Source: Eledone cirrhosa (Eukaryota). Taken from it: DNA of 64,000 nucleotides. The stretch is taken from assembly GCA_964016885.1 (NCBI GenBank), contig OZ024742.1:219232001-219296000 (forward strand). The letters are read 5' to 3'. The notes beneath the pieces were generated by a model. The model ran no database searches. It saw only the letters and a list, made by a program, of their open reading frames with translations, and was not told the DNA's origin. Both the position numbers and the translations under genes were made by a program. The number at the start of each line of letters is the position of its first letter. Within the stretch, counting starts at the first letter, position 1. Below, one piece after another: positions 51,398 through 64,000 of this stretch.

Positions 51398-54300
51398 GTA
51401 AGGATTATTTTTATATATTATTTTTAATAAAGCAGAAGACCACATTGAATTGGCTTCTGGGACTTTCTTTTTGTTCACAAGATATAAAAGAAAGTTTACT
51501 TTGGTTACATTTAAGTTTAATCCTTTAGCATTTAAACCGGCCATATCCGGCCAGAATTCTCTCACCTCTTTCTGTTCCAACCGTTGTAACCAGCCACTCA
51601 TACTGATGTTAAGGTATTGTTCTCAAAATAAATATCAATCTCATAGATTCAATATTATGTGAGATAATTATGTGAGATAAAGCCTTTACAATGAAAATAC
51701 AATAGTAAATATAGAATAATGTAAATGCTAAAAGTTTAAAACAAGAATGTAAGGAGCTGAAACAAATATAAGGTGACGTATATCATTAATGTGACGTTGA
51801 ACTTATGTAAAAAACAAAGAAAAAAAATTAAAGTAGTGGGTGGTAGATATGGTAGAGCTCCTTGTGATATTTAGTTATGTCTCTTTATATTCTGAGTTCA
51901 AATTCTAGGGGATCAATAAAATAATTGTCAGTCAGGTGCAAGGGTAATCACAAACAATTGTTCATTTTCCCCAAATTTGTTACCTTGTGCTAATGTGATA
52001 ATCATTTCTAACAACACCTCTGCAGTATTGCCAAAAAACAATCTTTAGACTTGATTATTTTCTGTTTTATGAAGTAGTTAGTGGATGAAAGGCAGTACCT
52101 GCAACCTTTTGAGTATCTCCCAAACTGGAGTAAACATGAAGAAGAAATGAGTCAATATAAATGCTTCAGTGTGCTCTCATTAATGTCTCTCCACAGTTAG
52201 GCGATGGTGTAACCCAACCAAAGCATTGTCTACCATCAAAAGATACAATCCATCCATCAAACTTCTGCATAGTTTCTGCCAATCAAATTCCATTCATAGT
52301 TTGAATTAATATATATTTAGGTAGAGGGCAAAGCTAATATTTTCCAGCTTTTAATTTCATTTTTGGTCCTATGGAATAAGAATACCTTTTCATTGTCAGA
52401 ATTTAAACTGTTGCAGAATCTGCATTAGCAATGCATTCTAGAACAGGAAAAATACAAAACAGCACTGACAGCACCAAATTAAAACTTAGTCTTTACTCTA
52501 ATACTGCAAATTTTCACAATGATTTGTTCACTAGTAAAGATACTGTAAACATTTGAATTAACAAACCTGTTTTTTTCTTTAGTTTTTTTTTTTTTAGTTT
52601 TTTTTCTGCTAAATTATAGGATAAATACTGAAATTGAATTATTTAAAAAAAGTATTTCTTTTTTTTATGGACTGACTTTTTCTGCCAACCTGGAATCATT
52701 TTGATTATTGCTTTTCCTGTGATTAGACAGAAGGAAAGTACAGAATGACACTGAGGTCAGACTTGAGGTTGTTTATCTTCATAAAAAAGATTGTGGTGGC
52801 AATATGCTCTATTGCAAACATTAAAATGATGAGATAAGTTTAGAAAGCAATCTGAATTGGTAGGAAAAAAGTTTAGTTTTGATTTCTTTGGGTTTTTTTA
52901 AAGTTGTCAATGATTTAAGGAGTCTGTAATGGCAATTGGTAGTATATACATTATATTTTGGGACCATAATGTTTCTTGTGACTCTAATTTACTTTCTTCC
53001 AATTATCTTCTCCCAGAATCTTCTTCATAAAAGGATAAAATATTGATTTATTTTGCAGATCAGTATTAGCTTGATCCACAAACATTTGTCAGTCAGGTTG
53101 ATCCATGGACCAATTATACCAGACATGCACACATTCTTTTCTTTTATCAGATTTAAATTTTCATTAGGAGCTGAAGATCATGAGATAAGAATCGGTTTCA
53201 GTTAATAACTGAGGTTGACATTTGATGATAGATAGGTGAGTGTGGTGTTGCCAGTTGACACAGGTAACTGAGATGTCAACAGTTGATGACACTGTTGACT
53301 GAGGTTAATTACACAGGTAACTGTGAGGTTGACAGTTGACACTGTGATACTGCTAGTTGATGACTGTTGACTATGATACTGCCAGTCGATTCTATCATTG
53401 TAGCAGGAATCTCCTAGAAAAAGTAGTTAACTTATATCTGGTCTATTCCACCAAGCATAAAATAGGTTGGGTAAAATCTTGAATCTGATGGAACTGGTTG
53501 ATTTGTGTTGGCGATAATTAGTCAATAGTTTGATAAGTCAAATGCTGTTAGGAATGTAAAAATCTAATATTACATGACATACCCTTCCTTTGAATGTGAA
53601 GGGAAGTGTTGTTGTTTTGGGCTGAAAGTAAATGAAATCATGGAAGCATACAACCCACCACTGTAAGCAATAGAGGGATTGTATAATTTGTAGATATCTT
53701 GTTAGCTTCCAGTGCTTTTGTTCTTTTGGGCTCGATAGAATAAAGTACCAGTCCAAGGCTGTGAATTAGCAAAATTGTTTGTGTCAAGTGAAATGGCTTC
53801 TATTTATTTCAGCTCTTTGCATTATGGGTCCAAATTCTGCTGTGACATACATGGGTAGTATACTTAATACATTGCCTCATAACATCACCTAGTCCTTGGG
53901 TGCTTTTAGCATATTACACTCTGTTGCAAACATTTGGACCATGTTTTAAATTTGAGGATGCATGCTCCACCACAACCAGTCTTGGAGGCCTTGAAAAGTA
54001 TTTTTTACCTGACTAAACAGTAAAAAAAGTTTCTATAAATCTTGGTCATGGTACAAATGCATACATTGAGACAGTCGACTCCCAGAATTATGAAGGCATC
54101 AAACAAAATAATTTGATATTCTGAGTTCAAATCCTGCCAGAATCAACGTTGCCAATCATTCTTCTGGGGTCAATAGAATAAAATAGCAGTTTAGTTTGAT
54201 AGATTGGCAGAATTGGAGAAGAATTCTTTGTGGTATTTATTCTTTGTCTGCAGTATTGCCAAACTCTATTGATTCTTGCTTTTCCTTTGGCCATTATAAT

Positions 54301-54606
54301 TTCTGGTTATTTACAATCTGAGCTCAAATCCCACTGAGGTTAACTTTGCCTTTCATCCACGCGGGGTCGATAAAATAAAGTACCAGTAATATACTGGGTA
54401 ATTGCTGGCCTTGTGCCAAAAGTAGAAACAATTAATAAAAAATATTAAATCTTTCCCAGGCCTGTGTCCTGCATAGGGCAAATGGTCAATTCTTAATAGA
54501 CAAGTAGTCTTAAGTTTTATCCACTAAAATAAGCTTGATTTAAATGAAATTCTTATATTTCATATCACTAAGTTTACTGTTCATTCATTCTTTTATTTTT
54601 TCTTAG

Positions 54607-54960
54607 ATAAATGTACTTGTGGTTGGTCCAAGAAACATCCCAATAAATGGAATAATGATGATATCCAAAACTGGATTGGCTACATAATAAAGGTGACGGG
54701 TATTGATTTGAAATCAAAAAATTTCGAAAATATTGATTCTGGAAAGCAGTTGAAAGCAATGACTCTTAAAGAATTTCAACAAAGAGATTTTATTCATGGT
54801 GAATGGATACATAATATATTAAAGAAAATGCTTGGCCAACAGACTAATTCTCATGTAAATTCAGGTTTATCAAAAGATACTGAAAGTCATCTCGCATCCA
54901 AGAACGAAGATAAATTCAGTGCATTTTTTTCTAATTCATTCAATAACGATTTATCTAAAA
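54607..54960 (+). CDS. ETS transcription factor exon encoding a SAM/Pointed domain
   Basis: TTCTTAG| ... |GTAAGT, 354 bp, phase 1-1; WSKKHPNKWNNDDIQNWI...F...SGKQLKAMTLKEFQQRD..HGEWIHNIL. Confidence 0.85.
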
Positions 54961-55974
54961 GTAAGTTCTATCTTAATATTCTTCTTCTTCGCCAACTTAT
55001 TCTTGAGAGGGTTATGTAGACAGTTCTCAAGCTCTCCTTCCAGCAGGTCCTGTCAGAAGCAACTGTCGCTAATTGATCCAGCTGGATCCCCAAGCAAGAC
55101 CAGCCTAGCTCATGGATGTTATCCAACCATCTTGTTTGTCGTCTACTCCTGGGTCTCCTGCCTGTTGATTTTGCATGTAAAATCTGTTAATGTGATTTGA
55201 GGAAGTTGCTGTTATTTATCATTGTTTCAAGCAAGTTTCTGGTAGATCTGCTTAACATTATGAAAAAGACCAAAGTTCTTTTAGACCCAGGTCGTCCCTG
55301 ACAAAAGTATTTTGGTCATTACTTGCCCCCTTTTTGTATATCAGGGATCCAATTTTCCAATGTGACCTTGTTTTCAAGACAGCATTTGATGTGGGAAATA
55401 GGTTGCTATTTCTAGGAGGTCAAGCAACTAAGTAGAGGTTCTTCCATTGTCTCAATAGGTTAAGTGAAAACTGATGGTTATGTTGTTTAGCCCCATGCCA
55501 GGCCTGACTGACAAAACTGAGCAAAGCATTCTATCTGTGACCATCCCAACCTTTTCCTATGTGAAAGACACCTAGGGTTACATTATCCAAAGACTCCTTT
55601 TCTAAAATAATAGTAATTTCAAGAAACTTAACTGTTATTTCAAGCAGGCTAAGTGAACATCTAAAAGCTTCTTTGTTGATCCAAGTAATGTATGGAGAAT
55701 AGTTTCTCTACCATTTTGCTGAGAAATTGGAGTTTACCAATAAGATGAATTCTAGACCTAAAACTGCCTCTGATTCTTTCAATGTTTAACATCCACTTTC
55801 TCTTCTAGTAAGGTTAGGACCAATGCTTATCTAAAAACTTTTCTTCATAATTTTTTATAAGAGGCTTTATTAAGCTTAGTAATGAGAAAGTTACTTATAT
55901 TATTAAATACTTCCAAATTCTTTGATTTTCAAAATTATTTAAAAATCATAGGCCATGTCTTCAGTTAGAAATAT

Positions 55975-58900
55975 TGTAACAAAAGGAGCAAACACACTGT
56001 GATGATCCAACCTTGAGATCGATTTTTCTGTAATAGGATGGCTGGACACTAACTTGAGATCATTTGGATAGATTGTTTTCACCAGTGAAAATGCTTCCTT
56101 TCCAATTGCAGTTTGGAAAGAACCCTTGATAACCTTTTCTGAAAGATTTTCCCTTACTTCTACTGTAAAGTTGAAACAATCCTAATAGCCCTGAACTTCT
56201 TCAGCAATCGAGAAAATATCTAAGAATTCAATCTTTAGGTCAATTTGAACAGTTATAGAAATAGTTGTTAGTGTCCTTAATAGAAATATAGGAAGTTCTT
56301 CACAACCATTTCAAACCAGCAAAGTTTCAAGGAACTGAAAGGGCAAAATTCAACTCATTAGTGCATGGTGAGTGAGTCCTGTCAATTTCATCCTGAAATT
56401 ACATCAGGCAATCCAATATGAATTCAGAGACTAGCTAGACGTGGTGCTACCCACCAGTGTATTCTGAGCAAACTACTTCTCGTGCAAAATCCAACATTCC
56501 AAGACTTGCATACGGCCTGCAAGAAGGCTGAGGATGTGCAAAAAATCGTCAGCCAACCTCCTATTCCAGAAAAATCAATCACATGGTTGGATCTCAAAAG
56601 AGAAAGACTGGGCAAGGCAACTTGAAACAAAGGAAGTGATTCATTCAATTCTTGTTACTCTTGTGGCAATAGACACCTAAGACACAAAAGTGTAAATTTT
56701 GTAATGCTTTTTGCAGAAAATGCCATAAGTCAGGACACATTGCTTGAAATTGTAGTAGTAAAGCGCTTATAACGACAGTAAAACTAAATGATGACCTTGA
56801 TTCAGTCACTTTAGCAACCACAGACTCATGACATTGTGCAGATGTTCAAATCAAGTGCAAATTGAACTTGATTTCATCATTGACACAGGTAGCGTAGAAT
56901 TGCTGATAAGCCTGAAATCTGTTGGTTTTATTCTCAAGCAAAAATATGTTCAACTGAAGCCTACATTTTTGGTATTACTGGGCACAAGGTAGAGTTGGTA
57001 AGACAGGTTAGCATTCCTATTTACATCTCAAATAAATAGTTGCAAATTTGTCACTTTCACATATCCAAATCTGGCTACTCAATTTTTGGCCTTGATTCTA
57101 TGAAAGCCTGGAATATTTCTTTAACCTTTTCCACTCAATATATTTCTGTCATTCAACAGCTAATAGATAGTTGTTCAAAATTTAACAGTGGCAGGAAAAT
57201 TTCAAAGATCTACCTTGATGTAGCCAAAGAACTTAGTTATGAAAAGGCATATGATCTTATATGGTTTGAGGGACGCAGTTAAGCATGAATTATACAAGAT
57301 CGTTGAGCAAGGCATTCTAAACCCTGTAAATGCTTATGTAACACAGATGTAACACCAATGATTCATGGTGTGACCCCCTAGGATCTGACGATTGCAGAAT
57401 CACCATTAAGGTTTTACAGAATTACGGGCATATGACGGAGCTTGAAGATATATTAGATAAAATGAATTCATCTACAATATTCTTGACTATAGACTTGAAG
57501 AATGCATTCATGCAGCTGTCATTGGATGAAGAATAAAGTCAGCTGACAACCATAAATACACCTTTTGGGTTATTTTGGTTCACTTTTTTACTGTTTGAAT
57601 TATCAGCATCACCAGCAATATTTCAAAAGGCAATCATTGATATCACAAAGAGTATTCCAGGTGTCGTTTCTTACCAGGATGACATAATCCTCTTTTCCAA
57701 GGATAAGTGTAACCATGAAGCAAGTCTAAAAGAGCTACTTAGATGCATTTATTCAGACATTTTTTTCTACAAATCGTCTAAGTACCAATTCATGAAGTTG
57801 GAAGTCAACGTTCTTGGCTTTGCTGTTGATGGTTGCATGAAACACTTGTTGCAAGCAAAATCTCATAATTTTGTGGAATTGTGATCAGTTCTTGGAAATA
57901 TACAGTATTACTCGTGTGTCGTTCCTAATTTTTCAAGCAAAGCAGGCTCAATATTCCATTTTCAATCCATAAAATTCTAATGGAAAAGTGAACAAGACAA
58001 GTCTACAAAAACTTCTTTCGTTTTTGGCCCCTGATGCTGTGGTTAAACCGTTTTCCATGAAAGTGAAGAGGAATGTGATAATGGATGTGTTTGAACACGG
58101 TGTTGGTGCAGTCTAAGAACAGGATCAACATCCAGTAATGTGAATTTCTTGGCATCTGGCATCAGCCAAAAAAAGGTACACACAAACAATACTCGAGGCG
58201 TTGGCTGTATACTGGGCTGTAATGCAACTATATAAGTTCTATTTAACGGTCGGTTTACCATTCTACCGACCATGGGCTTTTGCATTTATTTTTAGTCCTG
58301 ATAAATTGTTGGCAAAGAATTTGACTCCCATGGTGCAAAGATGGACTGTTGCACTCAAAGCTTACAAATATATCTTTCATAGAAATGGTAAAAATATAAT
58401 CCAAGTTTTTTTTTTTTATTTTTTATTTTTTTTTTTTTTTATCACGATATTTGAATATGGATCCTCCACAAGAAGTCCAAAAACGTTTTTGATGCAGTCA
58501 CTTCCAGTTCAGCATGTTGATCTTAATAGTGGAACCTGAAGATACTATGGTAGCATTATGAAAGCTTTCAAAACAGGTTGGAACTTCTGATTGAAGAAGT
58601 CATTTCCAGACTTCTACAGAAAAGGTTTTGGTAACCCCCAGCGGTATCCTTTACTTGAACGACCACTGCTTACAGTGTAAACAGATACTTGAACATCTTC
58701 ATTCCTGCCATCTTGGTGCTGAGAAGAGAAAATCATTGTCCCAACAATGGTGGCCAAAGATAAATGCAGATATACTACAAATTGCAAAAAATTGCTCAGC
58801 ATGCCAAAGTGGTAAAACTTAAACTTCAGAGTGGAAACCATGACCAACAAATTATCAACCTTGGCAACACATTCATGCTAACCACTGGTCAATTTCTCCA

Positions 58901-59155
58901 GTAATACTAGGCAATGACGATGAGTGACACCTATTCCCATTGGCCAGACTATTTCTCAAAAACACCAAATGCCAAATTCATGACGCTTGCGTTGTGGAAG
59001 ATATTCTGACAATGAAACTCATTTGACTGCCTCGTGTGTTACTGACTGGTTGAAGAGTGTTGGATGTTGACATCTCTTTACTGCTCCATGCAATCCAAGA
59101 TGTAATGGAGAAGCCAAGAATTTCTTAGGAACAATAGAGTCTGCAATCAAAGTTA
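55975..59155 (+). mobile_element. Decayed Ty3/Gypsy LTR retrotransposon internal region, in the ETS intron
   Basis: Gag knuckles (CRKCHKSGHIA), protease FIIDTGS, RT IDLKNAF...TINTPFGLF...SPAIFQ...YQDDI, integrase HLHSCHLG...WWP...CSACQ, TAPCNPRCNG; many stops. Confidence 0.88.
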
Positions 59156-59254
59156 ATGTTTTATAAATGAAAATGAAAGTCATCTTAGAGCATTTCTTTC
59201 TCTTTGCAGAAATCTTTCAAAGATATTCTAATTTGTTTTCTATTCTGTTTTCAG

Positions 59255-59447
59255 TATCAGCATTGCCGCTGTATGGTTTCATTTATGCTGCTCTCGAAAG
59301 TTCAGTACTTAATCCACAAATCCTTCGATGGGAGAATGAAAAATCTGGAATATTCCGGTTTATTGATCCAGATAAATTTGCCAAACTTTGGGGCCTGACT
59401 AAAAATAATAGAAACATGAATTATGAGAAACTGAGCAGGTCATTAAG
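59255..59447 (+). CDS. ETS transcription factor exon, N-terminal part of the ETS domain
   Basis: TTTTCAG| phase 1; LYGFIYAAL...ILRWENEKSGIFRFIDPDKFAKLWGLTKNNRNMNYEKLSRSLR; donor AG|GTGAGT phase 2. Confidence 0.93.
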
Positions 59448-59952
59448 GTGAGTGTATTAATATTTAGTTTAATTTGTTACTTTTTAAATATAAAATATAG
59501 ATTGGATATACATGGTAACAAAACTAAGGTCACTATTCAGTGAAGTACTCAATAGTTCATGATGCAGATATAGTCATATTTATGTGGTTTAGTCGTGCTA
59601 TGCTTTACAACCACAATATTCCTGGTTCAATCTCTCTGTACAGTAAAAATAGCAATATAGTAAAAAAAAAAAGATTGATAAAATAAGTACTAGACTAAAA
59701 TAGGTAATGGAGTTAGTATGATCAACTACAACTCTGGAAGGCATGGTAATAATCCAATGACTAAAACTAGTAAAAGAATGGGAGGTAAGAGTTAGACTAC
59801 AAAACATTTTAATATTCCTACCCTCAGCTGATAAAAAATAAGAACTAAACATGTAGATTAAGAACTAAATAAAATGTAGAATAAGAACTAAATGAAATGT
59901 AGAAAAGTGATGTATTATATCATAAATTAGTTCTTTCTGACTTCTCTTGCAG

Positions 59953-60067
59953 ACATTATTATCCCAAGAGAATCTTGAAGCGTATTGGAGGAAAACGTTT
60001 AATTTACCGATTTTTGGAACCTTATTTCACATCTCTTAAAAAGAGAATTACTCTTAATAAATGTTAA
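59953..60067 (+). CDS. ETS transcription factor last coding exon
   Basis: CTTGCAG| phase 2; HYYPKRILKRIGGKRLIYRF...NKC* completes the ETS domain. Confidence 0.92.
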
Positions 60068-62542
60068 AATAATTTTTTAAAAAAGTCATTATCTTTTTCG
60101 ATAGATTGTAGTAGTAGAAAATTATATGTATTCTAAAGATTAACTTTAGAAATTTCGTCATAAAACTTCATTTATTAAAACTATATTTGCTTTCGTAGGC
60201 AAAAGATAAAGGTGGGTGTTTCGAATTCCGTATCAATAAATGGTAAAACGATTGGAAGTAAATCAATAAATAATTATATGAAAAATATATGAAACCTTTT
60301 CTTTAGAACAATTTCAAGGAGAATACAGTTCTGGCTATTCCAGACCATTTATTTGATAAGCTTGGATATGTGGATTTTGCAGTTTCGTGGATCAAAGCTT
60401 ATATATTATGTATTAAAATATTTTGTTATTTTTTTCAATTTTTTTTTTAAATTTAAAAAGTATATAAACGTAAACAAACGGTGAATAAAGAACCTTGAAA
60501 TTAATCATTATTTGTTATTGTAACCTAAGATACAAGTTTAGTATGTTTGTTTATTTCTTGAAGATGTAACTTCTTCAAGGAACAACAATACTTAAGGTAT
60601 CGAATAATGAAATTAAAGTAGGAAATTATATTTAACTGATACAAATTAATACACTTCTAAAACTGGGCCTGAGGGTTTATATTAATCTCTTTAAATTCTC
60701 TTAAGAAACTTTTAGGGTTTCTACCAGCAAGACATAATGTTAAAGAAAAATCATCATAAATTAGAACAAATATTCACAGAATTCTAGGGAGCAGCATATG
60801 TACAAAGTAGCTGTCGTACTGAATCCAATGTAGGTATTTACCCTGAAAATTAAAAACAAAAAGGCTGAATGGTCGACTACTACAAGGCCTGTCATTTTCA
60901 AAACTAACTGGTTTTCTAATGATTTCAGTGTTCTGGTAAATATTCTGGTATGTGTACTGTATATATTTATATTTTATTTTTGAAAATACATTCCAAATTT
61001 CCCAGAAGATACATGGCAAGTAAACTTTTGTAATTAATTGATTAACAAATGATTATTTCTTTATGTAATAAAGTTTTAATTCTTCAAAGAAAAATGGTAA
61101 TTTTGTCATTTTTAAAATCAGTTTTTAGTTTAGTTTTCATTGCAATCTTTATGAAAACTTCCGGTCAGTTTTGGCAGATAATTTCCATATGCTTGTTATT
61201 TTCATAAAGGTTTGAAACTGGCATGGTTATATGGTAGGAAAGGTTGCTTTGTATCACCATGAGGTGGTTTTTTTTGACACAGCTTTATATATATATATAT
61301 AGAAAGTCAGGACCCCGATGGCTGAGCCCCGGGCATTTTGACAGCTAGATCCAAACTACTACCCTAAGTATTGAGTACTCTGGTGCATTATGGTCCACCT
61401 GGTATCTTACCACACCCTCCTTTGTTATATATATTTATATATATATATATATATATACATACACGCACACACCTCCAGTGGCTTGCATCTTGCCCTATAG
61501 GGCTCAACCTCTGTATTTTGTTTTTTTATATTAATTTTTTGCTTCTGATGAGGCATTGCTTCCTTTTATACCATTTTCTTGAATTTGAAACGTGGGTAGT
61601 GACTGCAAAGAACATGTGTAGGCTGGAGAGAAATGAAGTAAGCATGCTTCATGGGATGTGCAGCATAAATGTGAGAAAAAGACTGAGCTTAGGTGAATTG
61701 AGGAAGGAAACTGGGTTTAAGAGGGATCCAAAGTGGTGTGCAAGAGAAGACTACATTGGTACAGACATGTGATGTGCATGGATGATGATCTCCAGGAAAT
61801 CTGTGGAAGAAAGCTGCAGTAGAGGTAGACCAAGGAAGACCTAGGCAGAGATGATGAGAGCTGATCTCAAGTCACTGAGACTCATGGATGATCAAGAAAT
61901 GTAGTGTGGAGATATGCTGTGCTGAAAAGAACCTATGCAAGTGTGAAAAAAACGAATGTAAAAATGATAAAAAAAAGATGTGTGTAAAGAGATAATCCAC
62001 TATCATTTTGGTAAGGTGAATTAAGTTTGATGTTATTAAAGTTGACAGCATGCAGGAACCCTAGTCAAAGGTGCAATCTGATGGGATATGATATTCGTAT
62101 TTGAAGGCAATGAAAGCACAAATAATTAATACAAAAAGAAAACCAAGGTTGTTATTTAAATTCCATCTTTAATTCCTACAATAGATTCTTTGGAGATAAA
62201 TATAGTGTCAGTATACAAAATCAATTAATTAATCAGTCCAACTAATAATCAATAATTTAAATGGCACTTAAAAATAGTTTCAAACATTGAGTTACTTAAA
62301 ATATCCATGAAAAAAAATAAAGGCAAGCTTTCAAAAAGCAAATAAAACACGTGAAATATATTGAGTAATGGATTTGTGTAACCAGAGAATAGTGTAATGA
62401 TATAAGTATTACAGGTGAAGTTGTATAGTAAGGAGGCATATTGCTAGAATGTAGGGTGCACAGATTTGAAATAACTGCATATTTAGAACTATATTTAAAT
62501 TGTGTAAACATCAATATTCTAGTGTACAGCTAACATGCATCG

Positions 62543-62610
<68 letters not shown>

Positions 62611-62928
62611 TCAAGACCTGATACTACATGCATCTTCCCTCCTTTAAAAAGAATACATTAAAAAGCTCTAACTCATTAGCCTGTCACATATGGGAATTGA
62701 AAGATGCTAATACTGACTACTCTTAATTGGAATATATTTTGAGTTGCCCAAGCATACAAGCCTGGAAACCATAGATATAATTTGTATCTCACTGAGTACT
62801 TCTTGATAATTAAATCTGTTACCAATTTTAAATAGAAAATCTGAAATTCTCTCTGCTTGCCTATACAGAAATTCCTATTACTATAGTAAATATGACCCTA
62901 CTTAATATATTATGGTAACATATTAAGC

Positions 62929-62962
<34 letters not shown>

Positions 62963-63055
62963 GTTGCTTCTATCTAATCTTACACCCATTGGTTATGAAT
63001 CGGATTCTAATAATAATTATCATCTAAATTTCATAAGTGATTGAACTCATAGTAT

Positions 63056-63665
63056 TCACCTTGACCGACCAGTCTGTCGGGCGTCCATTCGGCGCCACTG
63101 GTCACAGCACGCCATCCATTCCTCTCTGGATCGTGCTTTCCTCACCCATGTAGTCCCAATCGTATTCTTAAAATTGTAACTCCACCCTCGTGGAGGCCTT
63201 CCGAGTGGTCGTTTCCGCTCGCGCAGGTACCACTCGGCAACTGCGCGGGTCCACCGATTATCGGTGAACCGGGCGACGTGTCCAGCCCATCTGAACTTGC
63301 TGCGCATATATTCCGTGATGACGTCCCTCACGCCGGACTTCTGTCTGATGACTTCGCTCCTGATGTGCTCTCTCAACAAGATTCCTAGCATTGATCTCTC
63401 CATGGCTCTTTGAGCCGTTACCAGCCTCTGCTCTTCTCTCTTCGTTGTAGCCCAAGTTTCACTGCCATATAACATTGCAGGTAAAACTGTTATTGAAGAG
63501 GTTGGTGTGGGTGGTCTTGTCCAACCTCCCCTTGAGCACATCCCTTATGCTGTTAAATGCCTTCCATCCGGCCCTTACTCTCCATGAGATCTCCCTCTCA
63601 ATGTCTCGGCGCATGTTCACTTCTTGTCCCAGGTAGACATATTCCTCCACCTCCTCTATTTCATC
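63056..63665 (-). mobile_element. RTE-clade LINE 3' fragment
   Basis: EEYVYLGQ, RVRAGWKAF, LPAMLYGSETW, QRAMERSMLG, KFRWAGHVAR, KRPLGRPP; one frameshift. Confidence 0.9.
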
Positions 63666-64000
63666 ATAGTATTAGGTTAATCTAAATATGTAATCTATAA
63701 CTCATCCTACTTGCTGACACAGGAATTATTTTTATTATTATTTCTTCTATATTAGAATTGTAGATCCATGTTAATTTATTATTTTTTCCCCTTATATAAT
63801 TGCCACTTGCATGCATTATGTGTGTATTAGACTAAATACAGTAGTTAAATTCATTCAAGTAAGTTACTTAGTATGAGATTTAATTATAATAATTGTCTTA
63901 TAGCAACTACTTCCTTTAATTCCATTACATTCTTTCTCACCTCCCCTAGCAATTGTTATCAAGTAATTTCTAAGTCTACTTAAGACATTATCATATTTGC

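Noticed and set aside
53210-53390. Degenerate GTTGACA-rich repeats in ETS intron 1
   Set aside because: Low-complexity decayed minisatellite with no regular period or supportable function
61540-61575. HHR at CTGATGAGGC; also isolated GAAAC..GTH halves at about 38793 and 41165(-)
   Set aside because: The partner half of the core was not found nearby, so these cannot be called ribozymes

Overview
AT-rich, microsatellite-dense metazoan genomic DNA; the repeat content suggests a cephalopod (probably Octopus), which is an inference. One host gene is supported: a four-coding-exon PNT+ETS transcription factor (ELF3/EHF/ELF5-like) at about 50.85-60.07 kb on the + strand, with a decayed Gypsy element in intron 2. 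The rest is layered transposon debris: two Neptune-type Penelope-like elements (PLEs), a Naiad-like PLE 3' end, CRE, RTE, RTE-X and Tx1 LINE fragments, Helitrons, Tc1/mariner remnants, MITEs, a solo LTR inside a 14-bp tandem array, and many tRNA-derived SINEs. The most striking unexplained signal is about a dozen minimal type-I hammerhead ribozyme (HHR) motifs. They sit in short non-coding elements inserted in (TA)n tracts and arranged as partial tandems and long fold-back palindromes. Three of them share a TATGCAAAT hairpin about 90-100 nt upstream of the ribozyme core, and several palindromes fold back at HHR stem II. All motifs and coordinates were read by eye and may be off by a few bases.
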